Shown piece by piece: positions 19,296-28,850 of a stretch of DNA of 47,222 nt. This stretch comes from Draconibacterium orientale. GTDB lineage: Bacteria; Bacteroidota; Bacteroidia; Bacteroidales; UBA1556. A program made the position numbers and the translations under genes. The notes below the pieces were generated by a model. It saw only the letters and a list, made by a program, of their open reading frames with translations. It searched no databases and had not been told where the DNA came from. The stretch is from assembly GCA_022736595.1 (NCBI GenBank), contig DZDC01000001.1, forward strand, positions 10,318-57,539, read 5' to 3'. Within the stretch, counting starts at the first letter, position 1. Every line of letters starts with the position of its first letter.

Positions 19296-21521
19296 ATGAC
19301 AAAGAAACCCATTATTACTTGGACCAAAATTGATGAAGCACCTGCTTTAGCAACATACTCTCTTTTACCTATTGTAAAGAACTATACCAAATATGCTGAT
19401 GTAGAAGTGGAAACTCGTGATATTTCGCTGGCGAGTAGAATTATTGCCAACTTAAGCGATTTTCTGAAACCTGAACAAAGAATGGCAGATGAGCTTTCTT
19501 ACTTAGGTACTATGGTAAATATGCCTGAGGCCAATATCATAAAACTGCCTAATGTTAGTGCTTCAATACCTCAGTTAAAAGAGGCTATTAAAGAACTTCA
19601 AGCCAAAGGTTATGCTTTGCCTGATTATCCTGAAGCTCCTAAAACAGATGAAGATCAGGATATTAAAGCAAAATATGCAAAATGTTTAGGCAGCGCAGTT
19701 AATCCAGTTTTGCGTGAGGGAAACTCTGATCGTAGGGTGGCTCCTTCTGTAAAAGCTAATGCCATGAAAAACCCAATCCGTCTTCGGGAATGGGATTCTG
19801 CATCCAAAGCTCATGTGGCTTTTATGAAGGATGGAGATTTTTATGGAAATGAAAAATCGGTTACCTTTAGCCACGAAGATGTATTAAGTTATGTTTTAGT
19901 GGATGCCCAAGGCAATCAATCGATCTTAAAAGAGGGTTTAAAAGTGAAAACTGGAGAAGTTATCGATACCACTTTTATGAGTGTAGCCAAACTTCGTAAC
20001 TATATTAAATCAGAAATAGCAGCGGCAAAATCAGAAGATTTACTTTTCTCTATCCATCTCAAAGCTACCATGATGAAAGTGTCTGATCCTATTATTTTTG
20101 GACATTTTGTATCGGTATTTTTTGCTAAAGTTTTCGATAAACACGCGGCTACTTTTGCTGCACTTGGCGTAAATCCAGATATGGGTTTGGGTGATTTGTA
20201 TAAAAAAATACAAAATCTGCCCGCTGCACAACGGGAAGAGATTGAGCAAGATATAAAAAATGTTTATCTCGAAAATCCCGCATTAGCCATGGTGGATTCT
20301 GATAATGGCATCACCAATTTGCACGCTGGTAACGATGTGATTATCGATGCCAGTATGCCTGTTGTAATACGCGATGGTGGCAAAATGTGGAATGCTGAGG
20401 GAAAACCCAAAGCTACCAAAGCTATGGTACCAGATCGTTGCTATGCCACCTTTTATCAAGAAGCTTTTGAATTTTGCAAAGTCAATGGAGCATTTAACCC
20501 TGCAACCATGGGCAATGTTTCCAATGTGGGCCTTATGGCTCAAAAAGCTGAGGAATATGGCTCACACGACAAAACCTTTAAAGCAGCTTCTAATGGAACC
20601 ATCCAGCTGGTTAATAGTAAAGGTGAAGTGCTTTTGCAGCATGAAGTGGAAGCTGGAGATATCTATCGCAGCTGCCAAACTAAGGATGCCGCCATCCGAG
20701 ATTGGGTAAAACTTGCCGTGAGCAGAGCCCGCGCCACAGGAAATCCTGCAGTATTTTGGCTCGATAAAAACCGCGCTCATGACGCACAAATCATCCTTAA
20801 GGTTCAAAATTACCTCAAAGAACACGATACTCAAGGACTTGAGATTCTTATTTTGAGTCCTATTGAGGCCATGCAATTTACCTTACCTAGAACCAAAGCA
20901 GGTTTAGATACTATATCAGTGACTGGTAATGTGTTGCGCGATTACTTAACCGATCTGTTTCCTATTCTTGAGCTTGGAACCAGTGCAAAAATGCTAAGTA
21001 TTGTTCCATTACTCAATGGTGGTGGACTTTTCGAAACAGGTGCTGGCGGATCTGCGCCTAAGCACGTACAACAATTTTTGAGTGAAGGCCACTTACGCTG
21101 GGACTCACTGGGTGAATTTCTAGCCCTAACGGTTTCGCTTGAGCACCTTGGATTATTATTCAAAAATTCTAAAGCACTTTTATTGGCTAAAACGCTGGAT
21201 CAAGCCGTGGCTAAACACCTTGACAATGGCAAATCTCCTTCTCGCAAGGCTGGTGAACTTGACAATCGTGGAAGTCATTTCTATTTGGCTCTATACTGGG
21301 CTCAAGCTTTAGCTCAGCAAACTGAAGATAAACAACTTCAAAGCATTTTCGCACCAGTGGCAAAAGCCTTGCAAGACAATGAATCAAAAATTCTATCTGA
21401 AATTGCTGCAGCTGAGGGAGTGCCCACCGATATAGGAGGTTATTATCAACCAGAGGATTCTTTGGCTTACAAAGCGATGCGTCCCAGTTCAACCTTTAAT
21501 CAAGTTATTGACAATCTTTAA
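19296..21521 (+). CDS. icd: Monomeric NADP-dependent isocitrate dehydrogenase (~740 aa)
   Basis: The N-terminus ([18 protein letters not shown]) and the 741-aa length are diagnostic of the monomeric IDH family. It starts 11 nt after the acnA stop. Confidence 0.92.
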   Translation: MTKKPIITWTKIDEAPALATYSLLPIVKNYTKYADVEVETRDISLASRIIANLSDFLKPEQRMADELSYLGTMVNMPEANIIKLPNVSASIPQLKEAIKELQAKGYALPDYPEAPKTDEDQDIKAKYAKCLGSAVNPVLREGNSDRRVAPSVKANAMKNPIRLREWDSASKAHVAFMKDGDFYGNEKSVTFSHEDVLSYVLVDAQGNQSILKEGLKVKTGEVIDTTFMSVAKLRNYIKSEIAAAKSEDLLFSIHLKATMMKVSDPIIFGHFVSVFFAKVFDKHAATFAALGVNPDMGLGDLYKKIQNLPAAQREEIEQDIKNVYLENPALAMVDSDNGITNLHAGNDVIIDASMPVVIRDGGKMWNAEGKPKATKAMVPDRCYATFYQEAFEFCKVNGAFNPATMGNVSNVGLMAQKAEEYGSHDKTFKAASNGTIQLVNSKGEVLLQHEVEAGDIYRSCQTKDAAIRDWVKLAVSRARATGNPAVFWLDKNRAHDAQIILKVQNYLKEHDTQGLEILILSPIEAMQFTLPRTKAGLDTISVTGNVLRDYLTDLFPILELGTSAKMLSIVPLLNGGGLFETGAGGSAPKHVQQFLSEGHLRWDSLGEFLALTVSLEHLGLLFKNSKALLLAKTLDQAVAKHLDNGKSPSRKAGELDNRGSHFYLALYWAQALAQQTEDKQLQSIFAPVAKALQDNESKILSEIAAAEGVPTDIGGYYQPEDSLAYKAMRPSSTFNQVIDNL

Positions 21522-21530
21522 TTTATAACG

Positions 21531-21570
21531 GCAGGTTTCATTTTGTAAAAATGAAACCTGCTTATTTTTT
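21531..21570 (+). terminator. Strong intrinsic terminator or attenuator downstream of icd
   Basis: A perfect 14-bp stem pairs GCAGGTTTCATTTT (21531-21544) with AAAATGAAACCTGC (21548-21561). The loop is 3 nt and is followed by TTATTTTTT. Confidence 0.8.
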
Positions 21571-21574
21571 CTTC

Positions 21575-22519
21575 ATGTTTCAAAATTCAATTACTCAATT
21601 ATTTGGCATTCAGTATCCCATCATTCAAGGTGGGATGATTTGGTGCAGCGGATGGGAATTAGCCTCGGCAGTTAGCAATGCAGGTGGACTCGGTCTGATT
21701 GGTGCTGGAAGTATGCGCCCAGAGGTGCTTAAGGAGCATATTCAAAAATGTCGTGCTAATACATCCAAACCCTTTGGAGTAAATATTCCACTGCTGTATC
21801 CTTATTCCGACGAGCAAATCCAGATGCTTATAGATGAAAAAATTCCGGTAGTTTTTACCAGTGCAGGTAATCCTGCAAAATATACCAAATTACTTAAAAG
21901 TTATGGGATTAAAGTTGTACACGTTACGGCTAACTTAAAATTTGCATTAAAAGCCCAAGAGGCTGGGGTAGATGCTGTAGTTGCCGAAGGCTTTGAAGCA
22001 GGTGGCCACAATGGAAGAGAAGAGACCACAACCTTGGTACTCATTCCAGAAATTGTGAATGCAGTAAAAATACCTGTAATTGCCGCTGGAGGCATAGCCA
22101 CTGGTGCAGCCATGATGGCGGCTTTTGCCTTAGGTGCCCAAGGGGTTCAAGTGGGAAGTAGGTTTGTAGCCTCTGTGGAATCTTCAGCGCATCAATCCTT
22201 TAAAGATGCGGTGGTAAAAGCTAAAGCGGGTGATACCATGTTGCGCATGCGGCAATTGGTTCCCGTTAGACTTTTGGAAAATCCGTTTGATGCTGCCATC
22301 GCTTCTATGGAAAAGGCTGGAGCAAGTGATACACAACTTGCTGATTTTCTTGGAAAGGGGAGGGCTCGATTAGGTATGTTTGAAGGTGACATGGAGGAAG
22401 GCGAACTTGAAATTGGACAAGTTTCTAGTTTAATTGATCAAATAAAACCTGTCAGCGAAATCATTGAAGAGATGATGAACGAATTTGAAGTAACAAAGAA
22501 CAGAATTAGTAAATTTTAA
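21575..22519 (+). CDS. FabK-like enoyl-[ACP] reductase II / nitronate monooxygenase family FMN oxidoreductase
   Basis: Motifs present: YPIIQGGMIWCSGWELASAVSNAGGLGLIG, KPFGVNI, SAGNPAKY, VDAVVAEGFEAGGH and IPVIAAGGIATG...LGAQGVQVGSRF. The ATG at 21551 lies inside the terminator stem, so 21575 is preferred. That start gives an N-terminus of MFQNSITQLFGIQYP. Confidence 0.8.
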   Translation: MFQNSITQLFGIQYPIIQGGMIWCSGWELASAVSNAGGLGLIGAGSMRPEVLKEHIQKCRANTSKPFGVNIPLLYPYSDEQIQMLIDEKIPVVFTSAGNPAKYTKLLKSYGIKVVHVTANLKFALKAQEAGVDAVVAEGFEAGGHNGREETTTLVLIPEIVNAVKIPVIAAGGIATGAAMMAAFALGAQGVQVGSRFVASVESSAHQSFKDAVVKAKAGDTMLRMRQLVPVRLLENPFDAAIASMEKAGASDTQLADFLGKGRARLGMFEGDMEEGELEIGQVSSLIDQIKPVSEIIEEMMNEFEVTKNRISKF

Positions 22520-22554
22520 TTATAAATAAAAACCTAACAAAACAAGATATAGAT

Positions 22555-23694
22555 ATGAACTTTCAGTTTACTGAAGAGCAGGAGATGATACGTCAGGCTG
22601 CCCGCGACTATGCACAACGCGAACTTATAAAAGATGTCCTAGAACGGGACGAAAAGGCTATTTTTCCAACGCATCATGTTAAAGCCTTAGGAGAATTAGG
22701 GTTCTTAGGCATGATGACTAGTTCTAAATACGGAGGAAGTGGTATGGATTCCATTAGTTATGTTTTAGCCATTGAAGAAATTTCAAAGGTTGATGCATCT
22801 GTGGCAGTAATTATGTCGGTAAATAATTCATTAATCAACTATGGATTAGAGCATTATGCCAATGAAATTCAAAAACAAAAATATTTACGACCTTTAGCGG
22901 ATGGAACTTCCATTGGGGCATTTTTATTAAGCGAGCCCGAAGCGGGATCTGATGCCACCCATCAACATACCACCGCAGAAGATAAGGGCGATTATTATCT
23001 TTTAAACGGAACCAAAAACTGGATTACCAATGCCAGTTCTGCTTCAACTTATATTGTAATTGCACAAACGCACCCTGAACTTAAACATCGGGGAATCAAT
23101 GCATTTATTGTTGAAAGTAAAAGTCCTGGTATTACCTTAGGCCCTCATGAAAATAAAATGGGAATGCGCAGCAGCGATACCCATTCAGTGATGTTTAATG
23201 ATGTAAAAGTACCCAAAGAAAATAGAATTGGCGAGGATGGTTTTGGTTTTAAATTCGCTATGAAAGTGCTTTCTGGAGGCCGCATAGGCATTGCTTCTCA
23301 GGCCTTAGGAATTGCCGCAGGTGCTTTGGAATTGGCTTTGAAGTATTCCCAAGAACGTAAAGCTTTTGGTACAGAAATATTTAATCATCAATCTGTTGCA
23401 TTTAAATTGTCCGATATGGCAGTGAAAGTAGAAAATGCACGCAACTTGTGTTTAAAAGCGGCTTGGCTTAAAGATAATCACCAGCCTTTGGACATAGCTT
23501 CAGCCATGGCAAAACAATATGCCGCTGATATCGCCATGGAAGTTACCACTGAGGCTGTTCAAATTCATGGTGGTTATGGATATGTTAAGGAGTACCATGT
23601 GGAAAGGTTGATGCGTGAAGCCAAACTTACTCAGATCTATGAGGGTACTTCTGAGGTTCAAAAAATTATTATTTCTAGAGGTCTAATTAAATAA
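22555..23694 (+). CDS. Short-chain (butyryl-CoA type) acyl-CoA dehydrogenase
   Basis: At 379 aa it has LSEPEAGSDA, NWITNAS and QIYEGTSEVQKIIISR. This is the classic ACAD fold and length. Confidence 0.9.
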   Translation: MNFQFTEEQEMIRQAARDYAQRELIKDVLERDEKAIFPTHHVKALGELGFLGMMTSSKYGGSGMDSISYVLAIEEISKVDASVAVIMSVNNSLINYGLEHYANEIQKQKYLRPLADGTSIGAFLLSEPEAGSDATHQHTTAEDKGDYYLLNGTKNWITNASSASTYIVIAQTHPELKHRGINAFIVESKSPGITLGPHENKMGMRSSDTHSVMFNDVKVPKENRIGEDGFGFKFAMKVLSGGRIGIASQALGIAAGALELALKYSQERKAFGTEIFNHQSVAFKLSDMAVKVENARNLCLKAAWLKDNHQPLDIASAMAKQYAADIAMEVTTEAVQIHGGYGYVKEYHVERLMREAKLTQIYEGTSEVQKIIISRGLIK

Positions 23695-23704
23695 TATCAA
23701 CGAT

Positions 23705-24445
23705 ATGAATATTCTTATTTGTGTTTCACATGTTCCTGATACTACCACAAAAGTGCGTTTTACAGGTACAAAACTTACCACTGAAAACATTCAGTGGATT
23801 ATCAATCCATGGGATGAACTTACTTTAACCCGCGCCATTGAGCTAAAAGAAGCAGGAGCTCCCATCGATCAAATTATGGTTGCAACTGTTGGTGATCAAA
23901 GTGTTGAGCCTACTTTACGCAAAGCATTGGCCATTGGTGCTGACAAAGCTTTTAGGGTGGATTTTACTCCCGAGGATGCAGGATCTACTGCATTGCAATT
24001 GCAAGAAGTGGCTAAAAAAGCTCAAGCTGATTTGGTTTTCACCGGTTTCGAAAGTGCCGATTACAACGGTGGCCTTGTCGGGGCTTTCCTAGCAGAATCG
24101 CTGGGTCGTAGTTTCTTTAGCTCTGTAAACTTTCTTGATATTAAAGAGGGTGCATTTATTCTCAATCGCGAGATGAATGGCATGACAGAGGTCATTAAGA
24201 GTAAAAACCCAATGGTGGTTTCGGTGCAAAAAGGAATTGCTATCAATCCTCGAATTCCAGCAATGCGTGGCATCATGATGGCCAGGACTAAGCCACTCGA
24301 AGTGATAGCTCCTACCGAAATGAATAGTAAAGTAAAAGTGATAGCCATTGCGTTGCCTGCTGGTAAAGCTAAGGTAAAACTATTTGTCCCTGAGCAAGTA
24401 AATGAGCTTATTGATGCTTTGCACTCAGAAGCTAAGGTGTTGTAA
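23705..24445 (+). CDS. etfB: Electron transfer flavoprotein beta subunit
   Basis: The N-terminus is MNILICVSHVPDTTTKVRF...INPWDELTLTRAIELKE. The 246-aa length and its position directly upstream of etfA fit EtfB. Confidence 0.9.
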   Translation: MNILICVSHVPDTTTKVRFTGTKLTTENIQWIINPWDELTLTRAIELKEAGAPIDQIMVATVGDQSVEPTLRKALAIGADKAFRVDFTPEDAGSTALQLQEVAKKAQADLVFTGFESADYNGGLVGAFLAESLGRSFFSSVNFLDIKEGAFILNREMNGMTEVIKSKNPMVVSVQKGIAINPRIPAMRGIMMARTKPLEVIAPTEMNSKVKVIAIALPAGKAKVKLFVPEQVNELIDALHSEAKVL

Positions 24446-24469
24446 TATAAACTATTAAAATTTTAAATC

Positions 24470-25420
24470 ATGTCTGTACTATTATATATACAAGCTAAAG
24501 ATCAGAAAATAAAAAAATCAGCTTTTGAACTGTTGAGTTACGGAAATCAAGTGGCTGAAAAATTAAATTTACCCATGTACGTGGTGGTGATTGGTAAAGT
24601 TATTTCTGATGAGTTGAATAAATTGGCTCTTTATGGAGCAAGCAAAACATGGACTACCGATGAGGAGTTAAAAACAATAGATGGTCAAAAATTGGCGCAT
24701 CAATTGGCTCAAATGGCTCGAGATTTAAAATCGAGTTATGTGCTTTTTGCCCACGATGACTTCTCTAATGCTGTTGCAGCACTTGTGGGAATGAAGTTGA
24801 ACGCAGGAATGGTAAGCGGTGTAAACCATTTACCCGTGTCGTATGAGCCTTTCGTTGTGAGTAAAAAACTGTTTACCAATAAAGCTGACGGTCAATTGCA
24901 AATTGAAGCCGAAATTAAAGTTCTAACAGTATTGAAAAATAGCGTTGCTGCTGTTGAAAAAAAGGTGGAAATGACTACTGAAAATTATAAGTTGGATGCT
25001 AGTTTCGACTTTGAATTGGTAGAAGTAAAAGGGCAGGGTGGAGTATTATTACTTACTGATGCTGAACGTGTTGTATCTGCTGGAAGAGGCCTGAAAGGAC
25101 CAGAAAACTGGGGTATCATTGAAGATTTAGCCAAGGCTTTGAATGCTGCCACAGCTTGTTCAAGACCGGTGAGCGACGAAGGCTGGCGCCCCCATCATGA
25201 GCATGTGGGTCAAACTGGAAAAATTATTGCCCCCGATTTATACTTTGCCATCGGTATCAGCGGCGCCATTCAACATGTGGGAGGTATCAGCAATTCTAAA
25301 TGTATTGTGGCCATCAATAAAGATCCTGAAGCTCCTATTTTTGAAGTGGCCGATTACGGTATTGTGGGCGATGCCTTTGCCATCGTTCCTGAGATTACCA
25401 AGGCTTTACAAAATAAATAA
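24470..25420 (+). CDS. etfA: Electron transfer flavoprotein alpha subunit
   Basis: It carries the C-terminal FAD-binding signature [47 protein letters not shown]. Confidence 0.9.
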   Translation: MSVLLYIQAKDQKIKKSAFELLSYGNQVAEKLNLPMYVVVIGKVISDELNKLALYGASKTWTTDEELKTIDGQKLAHQLAQMARDLKSSYVLFAHDDFSNAVAALVGMKLNAGMVSGVNHLPVSYEPFVVSKKLFTNKADGQLQIEAEIKVLTVLKNSVAAVEKKVEMTTENYKLDASFDFELVEVKGQGGVLLLTDAERVVSAGRGLKGPENWGIIEDLAKALNAATACSRPVSDEGWRPHHEHVGQTGKIIAPDLYFAIGISGAIQHVGGISNSKCIVAINKDPEAPIFEVADYGIVGDAFAIVPEITKALQNK

Positions 25421-25421
25421 T

Positions 25422-25832
25422 ATGCATAAATATCTGATATTCATTTTTATAGTATTCACAGGGTTGCTATTTTCTTGTCAAAATAAAGAAGAGGAAATTA
25501 GAAAAGAACTCAATACAGGTAATAAAATGTGGTACGATGGAGATGAAAATGGGGCGTTGACTCATTATGAAAGGGTATTGGAATTAGATCCCAAAAATGC
25601 GGAAGCCATCGTTTTAATTGGGAATGTCTATTACCAATGGCAAAAATATGATGATGCTTTCAAGTATTATTCTCTTGCCATTGAAACTGATTCACTGTAT
25701 GGGATTGCTTATAAAAAGCGTGGTGATATTCACAATCTGAGAAAAGATTTTTCAAAGAAATGTGCAGATTACAAGAAGGCAGATGCGTTAGGGGTTGAAA
25801 ACCTAACCAATTTAATTCAAAACTGCCCTTAA
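25422..25832 (+). CDS. Small TPR-repeat lipoprotein (136 aa)
   Basis: The ATG at 25422 lies 2 nt after the etfA stop. It gives a signal peptide plus lipobox (MHKYLIFIFIVFTGLLFSC) followed by QNKEEE. TPR-like repeats follow (ALTHYERVLELDPKNAEAIVLIGNVYYQWQKYDDAFKYYSLAIETD). The listed ORF start at 25197 overlaps etfA out of frame and is rejected. Confidence 0.7.
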   Translation: MHKYLIFIFIVFTGLLFSCQNKEEEIRKELNTGNKMWYDGDENGALTHYERVLELDPKNAEAIVLIGNVYYQWQKYDDAFKYYSLAIETDSLYGIAYKKRGDIHNLRKDFSKKCADYKKADALGVENLTNLIQNCP

Positions 25833-26722
25833 AATTCTTTTATTTTCTTAAGATCACTTTGGTAAAGCTGATGGATTAATCCATCAGCTAAGCCTATTTT
25901 GGGTACTGCTATATGTTTAGCCTTTAGAAGTTTAAGAATTCTTAAATAAATATCCGAAGCAGGCACGATTACATCAGCACGGTCATCTCTCATATTGAAC
26001 TTCAATTTTCGTTCATCAATACTGAGTTGGCTCAACTTGTCATAGGATTCTTGTAGTCGATCTAAGGATAGAAAAATACAACTTGGTTCGCCAAACAATT
26101 TGTTGATTTTGTTGATATTACCTCCCGATCCCACAACATTTACAAAATCAAATTCATCTGAAAACTGGCTAAGCCAATGCGCTATTTGCTTCCAGATATT
26201 AGGGTCATAACTGTTTTGCAAAAGTCTAATTGTTCCTATTTTAAAGGATTTTAGTTTGATCAGTTGATGGTTCTTTTCGACTGAAATTTCAGTACTTCCA
26301 CCGCCAACATCAATAAATACGGTAAGGCGTTCTGGGTTTTTGAAAAAGATGGGATTGGTATTTCTAATGATGGCAGCTTCAGTGGCGCCGCTGATTATTT
26401 CAAGTTTTATGCCAGTGGATTTTTGTATGTTTTCCACTATTTTTTTGTTGTTGGTAGCCTCGCGCATTGCAGCTGTTGCCACTGCTTTAAATCCAACAGG
26501 AGGATAGACTTCGGTGAGTAGTTTAAAGGCTTTCATGGTTTTAATGAATTCCTTTTCTTTTTCTTTTGAGATTTTTCCGGTGTCAAAAACTTCCATTCCC
26601 AAACGGAGTGGAATACGTATAAATGTAGCCTTTTCTACAAGTATATTGTTGGCTGGCCCGCTGGCATTGGCAAAAAGCAATCGAGCAGCGTTGGATCCAA
26701 CATCAATTACGGCATAAAGCAT
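25829..26722 (-). CDS. ppx: Ppx/GppA-family phosphatase (short, two-domain exopolyphosphatase)
   Basis: ASKHA phosphate motifs are present: AVIDVGSNAARLL and FIDVGGGSTEIS. At 297 aa it is only the catalytic N-terminal half of E. coli-type PPX. Confidence 0.85.
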   Translation of the reverse strand: MLYAVIDVGSNAARLLFANASGPANNILVEKATFIRIPLRLGMEVFDTGKISKEKEKEFIKTMKAFKLLTEVYPPVGFKAVATAAMREATNNKKIVENIQKSTGIKLEIISGATEAAIIRNTNPIFFKNPERLTVFIDVGGGSTEISVEKNHQLIKLKSFKIGTIRLLQNSYDPNIWKQIAHWLSQFSDEFDFVNVVGSGGNINKINKLFGEPSCIFLSLDRLQESYDKLSQLSIDERKLKFNMRDDRADVIVPASDIYLRILKLLKAKHIAVPKIGLADGLIHQLYQSDLKKIKEF

Positions 26723-26786
26723 AGGTCTAATAAATTTTTAATGGCGTAAATTTACGGTCTTTATTTACACAAACAACCTGAATTCT

Positions 26787-28847
26787 CTATTGTTTTTGCA
26801 GCTTTAGGTTTGCAAAATATTGGTGCGTGGCTTCCTGAGAGTTAAGGGCTGGAAGGTTTATGTTTCTTCGGGTATATTGGTTTAATACTCCAAAGTTCAA
26901 CGAACGGTATTTTAGGGTGTCATTCATCTGAAGCTGAATAATGTCCATCAGTTGCTTTTGAATGCTTTTGTCTAATATTGGACATACAATTTCGAAACGA
27001 TGGTCGAGATTTCGAGTCATTAAGTCGGCAGAGCTGATATAAAATTCGGGTTGACCTCCATTGGCAAAAACAAACAGGCGAGCATGCTCAAGATACCTTC
27101 CCACGATGCTAAATGCATTAAGGTTTTCACTAAAGCCTTGAATTCCACATTGTAAGATATTTATCCCGCGTATTATTAAGTCGGTTTTAACACCTCTATT
27201 GGATGCCCGATATAATAAATTGACAATATCTAAATCGCTGATGCTGTTGAATTTCAAAATCATCCACGACTCCAATCCTTTTTGTTTGTTTTCAATCTCG
27301 CGATTGACTTTTTCTTCAAAAAATTCTCGAATATGAAAAGGGCTTATATAAAGATGTTTCAATTTCGGAGGGCGATATCGCGATTCAAGAAGCTCGAAGA
27401 AGTTGTATAAATCTGATCCAATTTCTTGATTTGCTGTGAGTAAACTGTAATCGCTATATACTTTGGCAGTGGATTCGTTGAAGTTGCCTGTGCTAATATT
27501 ACTGTAAAATCTGTTTTCACCCATTTCCTTACGCCTGATTAAAATCATTTTTGCATGAATTTTCATTCCAGGAATGGTAGCAATTACTCTTACCCCTTCA
27601 TTTTGGAGCCGCTGCGTCCATTGAATGTTGGCTTGTTCATCAAATCGGGCTTGGATTTCTAAAAATACGGTCACGCTTTTCCCGTTACGGGCAGCATTAA
27701 TGAGCGCATTCATGGCCGAAGAGTCGCGGGCTGCCCTATAAAAAGTCATTTTAATACTTCTTACTTTTGGGTCAATACTAGCTTCACGTAGAAAGTCGAT
27801 GATGTGGCCAAAGCTATGATAGGGGAAATTAAAAAAGATGTCCTTTTGCAATAATTGTTTGAAGATGCTTTTTTTATCGCTAATTTCAGGATGATCGATG
27901 GGCTGAAGCACATTGAAAAGTAATTCTTGACGAAGGTTGGGAAAACTCATCAAGTCTTTTAAGTTATGATACCGTCCTCCACCACGCAGTTGGTAGTTTT
28001 TGGTGGTAATATGAAGCTTGTTTATTATTTTATCGAGGAGATCTTTGGGAATATTTTTATCGTAAACAAATCGTACAGGGATGCCTTTACTACGTTTTTT
28101 TACACTTTCTTCCATAATGGCAAGAAAACTTTTAGAAACATCGTTGTCGATGTTGAGCTCTGCATCACGTGTAAACTTAATGATAAAGGCTTCAATTTGA
28201 TCGTATCCTAAAGCATTGAACATGGCTGGGAGATTATGCCTTATCACATCTTCAATAAACATGATATTGGTGCGATCGCCTTTGGTTTCAGTTTTTAAAA
28301 AACGTGGCAACTCATGAGGAACCTCGATGAGAATATGTTGTGTTTTTTTTGTCTTTTTACTATCGGTGAGTTCTACGGCTAAGTAGATGGCTTGATCGCT
28401 TAAAACTCTACCTGCATTAAAATAGTCGAGAATTATGGGAAAGAGTTTGGGTCTAATATTGTTCTTGAAGTAGGTTTGTGCAAAATCTTCTTGCTGTTTA
28501 TTGAGCTTTCTTTCATTTAGAAAGTGAATGTTGTGCTTTTTTAATCCTAAAAGTACCCTTCTAAAAATGATATTGTATTCATTTTCTTGAAGCAATACTT
28601 GAGCCATAATCTTATCTAGATTTTCGGTAAGTCGCTTATGCTCATCACTGTTGCTGGGAGCTAATTTTTGCATGCGACGCAGTGTGGCAATTCGAACTCT
28701 AAAAAACTCATCTCTATTGTTTGAAAAAATTCCTAAGAATTTCAGTCTCTCAAGTATAGGGTTTTCATCGTCGTTGGCTTCTTGTAATACTCGGGTATTA
28801 AAATCGAGCCAACTCAGTTCACGGTTTAAGCTTTCCATAGGGAGCAA
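26787..28847 (-). CDS. ppk1: Polyphosphate kinase 1
   Basis: It has RELSWLDFNTRVLQEA at the N-terminus, GMKIHAKMILI (the autophosphorylated His context) and STGNFNESTAKVYSDYSLLT. It is 686 aa long. An alternative start lies at 28838. Confidence 0.92.
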   Translation of the reverse strand: MLPMESLNRELSWLDFNTRVLQEANDDENPILERLKFLGIFSNNRDEFFRVRIATLRRMQKLAPSNSDEHKRLTENLDKIMAQVLLQENEYNIIFRRVLLGLKKHNIHFLNERKLNKQQEDFAQTYFKNNIRPKLFPIILDYFNAGRVLSDQAIYLAVELTDSKKTKKTQHILIEVPHELPRFLKTETKGDRTNIMFIEDVIRHNLPAMFNALGYDQIEAFIIKFTRDAELNIDNDVSKSFLAIMEESVKKRSKGIPVRFVYDKNIPKDLLDKIINKLHITTKNYQLRGGGRYHNLKDLMSFPNLRQELLFNVLQPIDHPEISDKKSIFKQLLQKDIFFNFPYHSFGHIIDFLREASIDPKVRSIKMTFYRAARDSSAMNALINAARNGKSVTVFLEIQARFDEQANIQWTQRLQNEGVRVIATIPGMKIHAKMILIRRKEMGENRFYSNISTGNFNESTAKVYSDYSLLTANQEIGSDLYNFFELLESRYRPPKLKHLYISPFHIREFFEEKVNREIENKQKGLESWMILKFNSISDLDIVNLLYRASNRGVKTDLIIRGINILQCGIQGFSENLNAFSIVGRYLEHARLFVFANGGQPEFYISSADLMTRNLDHRFEIVCPILDKSIQKQLMDIIQLQMNDTLKYRSLNFGVLNQYTRRNINLPALNSQEATHQYFANLKLQKQ

Positions 28848-28850
28848 ATA

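Noticed and set aside
25197-25421. A 5' extension of the listed 211-aa ORF that overlaps the 3' end of etfA out of frame
   Set aside because: The overlapped region encodes the conserved EtfA FAD-binding signature in the other frame. An internal ATG at 25422 gives a clean lipoprotein signal peptide right after the etfA stop.
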